A stretch of 30,052 nucleotides of DNA, from contig JBECUI020000069.1 of assembly GCA_040954595.2 (NCBI GenBank), positions 1 to 30,052 on the forward strand. The letters are read 5' to 3'. Position 1 is the stretch's first letter. Every line of letters starts with the position of its first letter. The position numbers and the translations under genes were made by a program. The stretch is from Balanoglossus misakiensis (lineage: Eukaryota; Animalia; Hemichordata). The notes beneath the pieces are model-generated. The model was given only the letters and a program-made list of their open reading frames with translations, had not been told where the DNA came from and made no database searches. Shown one piece after another: positions 21,713 to 30,052 of the stretch.

Positions 21713-22173
21713 TCAAAACGGGATATCGTCGTCTATGTCTCTGGAAAAATTTTCTGGCTGGCCGTCCTGCTCAAGCTGAGCGCCCGGACCATCATAAGCA
21801 GTATTGCCTGCGCCGCCCGTATTTTTGCCATCCAGCATCTGGAGCGCAGAATTATAGTTTCTTAGCACAATTTCGGTTGTATATCTGTCATTGCCGTCAT
21901 TATCGTTCCATTTGCGTGTTTCGAGTTGTCCCTCTACATATATTTTAGAACCTTTACGCAAATATTGTTCACAAATATTTGCCAGACCATCGGAAAATAT
22001 GGTGATCCGGTGCCATTCGGTTTTTCGCGTTTTTCGCCCGAGCCCTTATCGCGCCATGTCTCGGAGGTGGCCAGCGATAAATTGGCCACGCGACCGCCGC
22101 TTGGCAGTTGTCTTATTTCCGGATCGCGACCCAGATTACCTATCAGGATTACCTTGTTTACGGAACCTGCCAC
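21713..22173 (-). CDS. ssb: Single-stranded DNA-binding protein (one frameshift)
   Basis: [46 protein letters not shown] and the acidic tail DDDIPF. GGAGG RBS upstream of the GTG start. Confidence 0.95.
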
Positions 22174-22204
22174 TATTGGCCTCCAATTACGCTACAGATT
22201 GTAT

Positions 22205-22391
22205 CTATACTCCAGCAATGGCCTTTATTCTAGACCAGCATCCGGTGTTTATCCAGTCTTTTTTGGCATCGGCGACCAGATATGGCTCATAATGGATCAG
22301 AGGGATGAATATCGCCATTAATGGATGCGGGCGATCAGCAACAAGGACAGGAAGCAAGAAAGCTGCTAATGATAAATCTGGCCATTAGCAC
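22205..22391 (-). pseudogene. Internally deleted remnant of a GT-C paralog (N-terminus fused to C-terminus)
   Basis: Manual translation gives PDLSLAAFL...MAIFIPLIHYEPY, which matches the paralog N-terminus PDSSVSALL...MALMLPLFYDEAY. It joins directly to YLVADAKKDWINTGC, which matches the paralog C-terminus. Confidence 0.7.
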
Positions 22392-24082
22392 CCTTCTTTT
22401 ACCCAGTTCTTTTTGGCTTCAGCGACCAGATAGACGTCATATTCCAAGGCATATCCGGTAAGTTGGCGCGATATTCCGGAGCTAGTTGCTTTACTTGTTC
22501 AAAGCATTTTTCATGTCTTTGCGGCATTATACGATCTTTTTGTTCGACTACCAACCCGGTATTGTCGTGCTCTATTTGCCATGACGAGTTTTTTGCAGTA
22601 TAGCGAAAGCGCTCATAGAGTTGTCCGATTATTGGCGGAGAGTCGGTATAAAGATACAGCATGGCATTGGTCTGATATATTCCGGTTCCGATCCATTTGG
22701 CGTCATGCTGCAAGGCGCGTTGGTTTGACATTATTGGCCATTTCCTGCCAGTTGCGAGCAATCTCCGGTTCGTGAGTTCTTTTATCGTTCAGGAACAGGA
22801 GTTCGGCCAGCACCGACAAGCTCAGTATCAGCACCATCAGCATGGTAATCACCCGCTTGTCCCGGTCATAGAGCAAAGAGACCAGCAGAGCAAAGACATA
22901 AGCGGCGAGAATTGCCAGCAACAAGCTCAGGACATAGACGCTCCAGGCGACGCCTCCATCAAACTGGCCGAAGAACAGATAGCCGAGAAACGCTCCGGAG
23001 GCGATGAGGATACCGATCGCCGAGACCGGAACCAGCATCATTATTTGCTTACACTTGTCCGGAACCAGATTATTGGCGCTCAGCGAGGACAACAGAGCCA
23101 GAGATGGATAAAGCGGTGTCAACCAATGCACTCCGACCAGACTATGGAAGCTGTGCGCCAGCATATAGAGCAGAAAAGGTAGCGAGGTGCAGGCTGTAAA
23201 ATACATGCATGAGGCTATTCCGGATTGCTGGTCGAGTTCGGGCACCGAGCGGATACGCATACTTGCCGACTGCCATAGGCCTCTGATGATGAAAAACAGG
23301 ATCATCGGGCTGATATAGAGTGCCTGAGTCAGCAAAAGCCGAGCGGCTTGATGATCCCAAATTCCTTTGGATAGCGCGACCAAATTGCTTGTCGAAGGTT
23401 CCCCAGTCATTTTGGGCGTTCCAGACGATATTGGGAGCAAATATGCTCAAGGCCGCGACAATAGCCAGCCACGGCCCAGGCCGGAGCAGTTGCGAGCGAT
23501 AGCGCGGCGAGCTAATCAGCACAAGAAGATGCCCGGAGCCAGAAAGATACCGGTATATTTGGACATACAGGACAAGCCGGCCAGCAAGCCGGCGGCGATC
23601 CACCATTTTGTGCTGTCGAGTCTTGCGGCTCTGGCGACGCAAAGGCAGGTAAAGATCCAGAAAAAGGCCGTAGGCGCGTCGGGAAAGGAGATGACCCCGA
23701 CCAGCACGACCATCCAGATCGATTGTGTCCAGACAACAGAACGGCGAGCCAGATTTGGTGCTATTGCGAACTCGCGAGCCAGCAAATAGACTCCGATACT
23801 GTTAGCCACCAGATTGGAAAGCAAGGTGAGCAATCTGATCCCGAGCTTGCCGTCTCCGACCAGCATGTGTCCGGCCTTGATCCACCAGGCTATCAGTGGC
23901 GGGTGATCATAATAACCGAATTGTAATTGTTCGGACCAGATGTGATAATATGCTTCATCATAAAATAGCGGAAGCATCAACGCCATTATTATACGAGCGA
24001 CCAATAATAATGCCAGAAATGATAGCAATGCTGAAACTGATGAATCCGGGCGCAGGATATTATTAAGATATTTTTTTAGCAT
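22385..24082 (-). CDS. GT-C membrane glycosyltransferase (ArnT/PMT_2/Rgt-like), copy A (frameshifted)
   Basis: PLFYDEAYY.IW..QLQFGYYDHPPLIAWWI, PDAP, SKYT and FAPNIVWNAQNDW, with many TM helices. C-terminus YLVAEAKKNWVKEGC*. Confidence 0.88.
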
Positions 24083-25740
24083 CCGTATTTAATCCAGTCT
24101 TTTTAGCTTTAGATACAAGATATATGTCGTGTTCATTTCCGTATCCAAGAAAATCTGCTATATACAGGTTTGGCAGTTTTTTCACTTGCTCAAAGCAATC
24201 ATTTAGCGACTCCTTGCTGAGGAAGCCTTGTTGCTCCTATTATGATACCGGTTGCGAACGGGTCTATTTGCCATGACGGGTTGGCGGATGTATAGCGGAA
24301 GCGCTCATTGATTTGTGCTGATTTGGGAGAAGTTCTCAAATGCTGATATAGCGAGGCCAGGGTTTGGCATTGACCGGTCCGATCCATGGCTTGTATCGAG
24401 TGGCCAGTGTTTGCATATATTTGGCTGATTGCGGCCATGACTTGGCTTGAGGCATGGGATATTGCTGTCGTCCGAGCAGGAATATGGCTTCGATCAGGAT
24501 AGCGGTGCCAAAAAATTGCCGCCAGAGACGGCATTAGATATTTTGCTGGCAAGAGCGCTCCGATCAGATGCAAGATCATGAACAGCACGAACAGGATCAA
24601 TATATATTTATTCCAGGCAGCATTTGGGTCGAACTGATCGAAGACGAAAAAGGCGAGCAATGGTCCGGCAGCGATGATCATGGCGATATTTCCGGCGGGG
24701 ACCAGTAAATTGGCCTGATTATGCTCCTTGCGGTCATTGGCGCCTAGCGCGGCGAGCATGGCCATGGCCGGATAGATTAGTGACATCCAGTGTCCACCGA
24801 TCCAGCTATGGAAGCCATGTGTCAGCATATAGACGATCAGGGGCAGCGAGGTGCTGGCGACGAAATACATGCAGGCGGCTTCGGACTCCTTGTCGTCTTG
24901 CGGCGAATTTGAGCCAAACCGCCAGGAGATGCTTTGTCCAAACCCTTTTATGGCGAACAGGAAGATGATGGGGCCGACAAAGGCTATTTGTTTCAGGAAG
25001 AATCCGGCGGGTCTGGTGAGGCTAAAATCTTCTGGTACGGCTCTGCCGATTTGCTTGATGACGGTGGCCCAGTCATTTTGGAAGTTCCAGACGATATTGG
25101 GGGCAAACACGGCCAAGGCAGCGACAATAGCCAGCCACGGCCCGGGGCGGAGCAGTTGCCAGCGATAGCGCGGCGAGCTAACCAGCCATAACAAGATGCC
25201 CGAGCCAGAAACAGGGAGGTATATTTGGCCAGGCAAGCGAGTCCGGCCATGGCTCCGGCGGCGATCCACCATCTGGTGCTGTCGAGCCTTGCGGCTCTGG
25301 CGACGCAAAGACAGGTGAAGATCCAGAAAAAACTGGCCGGAGTATCGGGTATGGCGATCATTCCGGCCATGGCCAATAGCCATAAGGATTGAGTCCAGAT
25401 GACGGTACGGCGCGAAGTGGTTTTGTCGAGGCCAAATTCGCGAGCCAGCAAATAGACGCCGATGCTGCTTGTGAGGATCAGGGCTATTGGCACGAGGCGG
25501 ACGGCAAGGCGAGTATCTCCGGCAATTATCGAGCCGAGCCGAATACACCAGGCGATCATAGGCGGGTGGTCATAATAGCCCCATTCTAATTGTTCGCTCC
25601 AGAGCCGGTAATAGGCTTCGTCGAAAAATAGCGGGACAAAGCTGGCCAACCCAAGTCTTGCCAGTAATAGCAGCAGTAAAAAAGCCCAGCAATATTGCTA
25701 ATGACGGGTATGAGATATGATAGGATATTTTTTTCAACAT
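24076..25740 (-). CDS. GT-C membrane glycosyltransferase, copy B (frameshifted)
   Basis: MLKKISY..., PLFFDEAYYRLWSEQLEWGYYDHPPMIAW, AKYT, FAPNIVWNFQNDW and HGFHSWIGGHW. C-terminus YLVSKAKKDWIKYGC*. Confidence 0.88.
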
Positions 25741-27444
25741 CCGTCTTGCACCCAATTTATTTTGGCTTGTTTGACCAGATAGACGTCATATTCCTGCCTT
25801 GCTCCGGAAAAGCCATGCCGGTGCATGGGCGCTAGCCTTTCCACTTGCGCAAAACAGGGTTTGAGCATGGAGATGGTGACGTCACCTTTTTGCTCGATGA
25901 TGATGCCGGTTGATTTTGGCTCTATTGTCCATGAGGCGCTGAACCATGGATAGCGGAAGCGCTCATTGAGCTGAGCCATTATTGGCTCTGATTGGATCTG
26001 TTGATAGAGCAGGGCATTGGTGCCGTAATTTCTGTTACCGATCCATTTGGCGTCATGTTGTTTGCCAGTGATTTCAGTTGTTCGGCCAGTTCTGGCCAAT
26101 GATATGTTTGTGGATTGTCTGGTTTTCCGGTCAGGAACATCACGCTACTCAAGCTGAACATGGATATTGTTGCTATCAGAGCCGGGATGGCGGTCCTCGC
26201 CGGAGAGATGAGGCCGCTGGCATAAGTGATTGTTCCGGTCAAAACCAGGATCAGCGCATATTTGTGCAAGGGGTTGGTGGGGTGAAAATCCTCGAATAGC
26301 AGGAAGGAGAGAAACGGGCTGGCGGCGAGCAGGATCGCCAATCCGCCTCCGGCCACCATATATTGGTATAGCGACGGTGTCTTTCGGCCATATTATGAGC
26401 GCTCAAAGTGGCCAGCAGCGCCAGCATGGGATAGATCGGAGCTGGCCAGTGTCCACCGATCCAGCTATGGAAGCCATGGGTTAGCATATAGACGATCAGG
26501 GGCAGCGAGGTATACAGGATGAATTTCATACATTCTGTAGAGCCATTATCGGGGAGCGAGCGAGTGCTTATTTGTCGTCCGCCGATTATGGCGAGGATGA
26601 AGATGATCGGGTTCAGAAAAAATAATTGCTGGAGCAGGAAGATGACCGGTCTGATCAGGCTGAAGCCTTCGGGGACATAGGTGCCGAGTTGCTGGATGGA
26701 GTGGCTGTTTTTGGCTAATTCAGGTCTTCGGGGATGCTTCGACCAAATTGCAGCGAGAAGCTGGCCCAGTCATTTTGAGCGTTCCAGATGATATTGGGAG
26801 CAAATATGATCAAGGCGGCGAGCGTAGCCAGCCATGGTCCGGGGCTGGCTAATTGTGCTCGATAGCGCGGCGAGCTTAGCATCCATAACAATATCCCCGG
26901 AGCCAAAAACAGGGCGGTATATTTGGCCAGGCAAGCGATTCCGGCGATGGTTCCGGCGGCGATCCACCATTTGCTGCTGTTTAGCCTTGCGGCTTTGGCG
27001 ACGCAAAGGCAGGTGAAGAGCCACAAAAACACCAGAGGAATATCAGGAGTAGCCAGGATTCCGGCCAAGACGATCATCCAGATCGACTGAACCCAGATGA
27101 CGGACAGGCGAGCAATATTCTTGTCTATATTGAATTCGCGAGCCAGCAAATAAAGTCCGATGCTACCGAACACGCTTGAGAGCACGGATAATAGCCGGAT
27201 GCCGAAAATATTGTCGCCGAGGATAGTTTGTCCGAGCCGGATCCACCAGGCGATCATTGGCGGGTGGTCATAATAGCCCCATTCTAATTGTTCGGCCCAG
27301 AGCCGATAATAGGCTTCATCAATAAATATCGGGACCTTTATACGAGAAAGATTCTTCCAGCCAGAGCCAGCAGCAAGAATGTCAGTAGCATTGGCGCTGG
27401 GGATTGCCACAAATTATTGAGATTTGCCATTTGAGTCTCAACAT
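25734..27444 (-). CDS. GT-C membrane glycosyltransferase, copy C (frameshifted)
   Basis: PIFIDEAYYRLWAEQLEWGYYDHPPMIAWWI, TPDIP, AKYT and FAPNIIWNAQNDW. C-terminus YLVKQAKINWVQDGC*. Start is at ATG 27444 or 27430. Confidence 0.88.
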
Positions 27445-29112
27445 CCGTCTTTGATCCAGTTTTTTGAGGGTGAGGCCAACAGATATAGTTTGTATTCATG
27501 TCTGGTTCCGGCAAAGTCGGCGACATATTCCGAAGGCAATTGGGTTATTTCTCTGAAGCATTGCCGGAGCTGTTCGGGCTTTAGCCCCCAGCCTTGCCAT
27601 TGTATGGAGCTGCTACTGATAAAGATGCCGGGCTGGCTGGTATTTATCGTCCATGAATGGTGCGAGGCGGGGTAGCGATAGCGTTCATTGATCTGGGCGG
27701 TTTTGGTTCCTGTTGGCGGCATATATTTATATAATAGCGAGGCGTCCTGAAAGGAGCCGGCTCCGATCCAGCTAGCACCATATTGGCTGGCCTGTTCGGA
27801 GAGGTGCAAGCTTAGTTCGGGCCAGGAGAGGCTTTGTCTGGTCTCATTATATCTTGCCGCCAAAATGTGATTTCGGCGATTATGGCCAGTCCGATGGCGG
27901 GCAAGAGGTATTTTGATGTTTTGCGCATCATTTCTGGAGGTTGGTCCTTTACTGCGTTGCGGGTAGCCATGATTGTCGCCATGATGATCAGGAGCAATAT
28001 GCTTATATTGAGCGGTGTAAGCTTGTCGAGCAAGGAGGTAAAGAAGCTATAGGCGAGCAATGGCCCGGCGGCGATGATTGCGATGATTGCCGAGCCAATG
28101 ATTGGCAGGTGATATTTGGCGGTGAGATCATTGCTGTTGAGGGCGGCGATCAGCGCTAATTGTGGGATAGATCAAGGCCAGCCAGTGCCCACCGACGCTG
28201 CTATGGAAGCATGAACGAGCATATAGGCGATCAGAGGCAGCGAGCTACAGGCGGCAAAATACCGGCATTGAGCTATTGCTGAATTATCGGAGCGTGATTT
28301 TAGCGTATGGCGCAATCCGGTCAAAGCGAGCCAGAATATGAGCGGGCCAAGAAAGATGAATTGCAGCAGAAGAAAGGCCAGCGGTCTTGCCAGGCTTAGA
28401 GTTTCGGGGACGGCTCGGCCAAATTGCAGCGAGAAGCTGGCCCAGTCATTTTGGGCGTTCCAGACGATATTGGGGGCAAACACGGCCAAGGCCGACAAGA
28501 TAGCCAGCCACGGCCCGGGCGGAGCAATTGCCAGCGATAGCGCGGCGAGCTAACCAGCCATAACAATATCCCGGAGCCAGAAACAGGGCGGTATATTTGG
28601 ACAGGCAGGCGAGGCCGGCCATGGCTCCGGCGGCTATCCACCATCTGGTGCTATCGAGCCTTGCGGCTCTGGCGACGCAAAGACAGGTGAAGAGCCAGAA
28701 AAAAGTTACAGCCGCATCGGGTAGCGCCAACATTCCGGTCAGGGCGATTAGCCAGATTGTCTGAACCCATGCTCCGGCGCGGCGAGCGCTGGTCTTGTCG
28801 ACGCCAAATTCGCAAGCCAGCAAATAGATGCCGAGACTATTGGCGATACTGGTCAATAAAGCTATCAGCCGGATGCCGAAAATATTGTCGCCGAGGATAG
28901 TTTGTCCGAGCCGGATCCACCAGGCGATCATTGGCGGGTGGTCATTATAGCCCCATTCTAATTGTTCGGCCCCAGATACTATAATAGGCTTCGTCGCACC
29001 ATAGCGGTATGGTGACAGCCATGATGCTCCGCACGACCAGCATGAGCAGCAAGAAAGCCAGCAGCGCCGACATGGATGAGCATGGTTGTCGGATTGGTAT
29101 TGCGCTTAGCAT
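27438..29112 (-). CDS. GT-C membrane glycosyltransferase, copy D (frameshifted)
   Basis: Manual translation MLSAIPIRQPCSSMSALLAFLLLMLVVRSIMAVTIPLWCDEAYY, then DHPPMIAWWI, SKYT and FAPNIVWNAQNDW. C-terminus YLLASPSKNWIKDGC*. Confidence 0.88.
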
Positions 29113-30052
29113 TCGGTCTGGATCCAGTTGTTTTTGGCGGCGGAGACCAGATATATGTCATAGGCGTGTTTGTGTGCCGAGACATCGGCTACATATTCCA
29201 CAGACAGTTTTTCGACATATCCAAAACATTCATGCAGTTTGTTTTGGCTCAAGGCTTGTTGTCGTTCGACGACCAGCCCGGGCGCGAACGGGTCGATTTG
29301 GGGGCTTTTGGCATAGCGGGAGCGTTCATTTAATTGCGCTATGGCCTTATATGGCTTGAGGTGGTGAGCCAGCATGGCATTGGTTCCATAATTTCTGTTT
29401 CCGATCCATTTGGCGTTGTGGAGTTTTGCTTGTTGTCTTAGCTGTTCGGCGAGTTGCGCCCAGTTTTTGATTTGTGGATTGGGGTTTTGGTAGCGGCTGA
29501 TCAGGAATGTTGTTTCGGTCAGAATGGCGAGCGCAAACATAGCCATTATTACCGGCTTGATGGTTTTTCGCATAGGGATCATGCTGCTGGCTATATGGGC
29601 GAGGATCAAGCTGGCGAACAGGATCAGGGTAATATTGTACCAGATATTATTATTATCGAACACGCCGAACATCAGCCATGTCATGAATGGCCCGAAGGCT
29701 ACGAGGCCGATAATGGCTGAAATTGGGATGATGATATTGGTTTGTCTGGTTGTTTTGCTCTGATTTGCGGAGCCAAGGGCAGCGAGCAGAGCCAGTTCCG
29801 GATAGATCGGGCTGAGCCAATGTGCTCCGACCCAGCTATGGAAGCCATGGGTTAGCATATAGACGATCAGGGGCAGCGAGGTGCAGGCGGCGAAATACAT
29901 GCATTGGGCTATTGCTGTATGTTCGTGTCGCGCTGATATGGCTTGGCGCAGTCCGCCGGGGACAAGGGACAAAGAGCGCCGGCCGAGATAGATAAGTTGC
30001 AGCAGGAAAAAGATCAGCGGCCTTGTAAGGCTTAGGGTTTCGGGGGCGGCTC
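29106..30052 (-). CDS. GT-C membrane glycosyltransferase, copy E (5' part beyond right edge)
   Basis: CTSLPLIVYMLTHGFHSWVGAHWLSPIYP, AKWIGNRNYGTNA and AQLNER. C-terminus YLVSAAKNNWIQTEC*. Confidence 0.85.
   Translation of the reverse strand, partial: AAPETLSLTRPLIFFLLQLIYLGRRSLSLVPGGLRQAISARHEHTAIAQCMYFAACTSLPLIVYMLTHGFHSWVGAHWLSPIYPELALLAALGSANQSKTTRQTNIIIPISAIIGLVAFGPFMTWLMFGVFDNNNIWYNITLILFASLILAHIASSMIPMRKTIKPVIMAMFALAILTETTFLISRYQNPNPQIKNWAQLAEQLRQQAKLHNAKWIGNRNYGTNAMLAHHLKPYKAIAQLNERSRYAKSPQIDPFAPGLVVERQQALSQNKLHECFGYVEKLSVEYVADVSAHKHAYDIYLVSAAKNNWIQTEC

Noticed and set aside
1054-22173. Calling glnE, degP, ccmEFH, the TonB receptor, putA and ssb pseudogenes
   Set aside because: Catalytic motifs are intact and the lesions are 1-nt indels, even in ssb, which fits sequencing error better.
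21713-22173. ssb as a marker of a prophage or plasmid
   Set aside because: It is a typical chromosomal alphaproteobacterial SSB, with no integrase, transposase, phage or conjugation genes nearby.
22385-30052. GT array as a pure assembly duplication
   Set aside because: The copies are strongly divergent over most of their length with motif-preserving substitutions, so they are real paralogs.

Overview
A ~30 kb chromosomal segment from an alphaproteobacterium. The TipN-like gene, ccmEFH-degP-glnE order and TonB-dependent receptor type suggest a Caulobacterales/Hyphomonadaceae-like organism (inference). Most long genes are split by single-base indels, often in homopolymers, which looks like unpolished long-read assembly rather than true pseudogenes. 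From left to right: (1) a His-rich EF-hand lipoprotein built from near-identical ~390-nt repeats that runs off the left edge; (2) a minus-strand cluster Hpt-ccmE-ccmF-ccmH, degP-glnE; (3) a small ORF whose 3' end is amplified into a 128/129-bp tandem array; (4) a TipN-like polar protein, hisN and moeB/thiF; (5) a TonB-dependent receptor with terminator, then putA; (6) a GT2-GtrA fusion and ssb; (7) a head-to-tail array of at least five ~1.68-kb GT-C (ArnT/PMT_2/Rgt-like) membrane glycosyltransferase paralogs plus one internally deleted remnant, running off the right edge. The glycosyltransferase array is the strongest candidate for an undescribed system. Its copies are translationally coupled through a conserved terminal Cys codon, share patchwork near-identical DNA blocks, and lie beside a putative lipid-linked sugar donor synthase/flippase. 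No rRNA, tRNA, CRISPR or mobile element was recognised.
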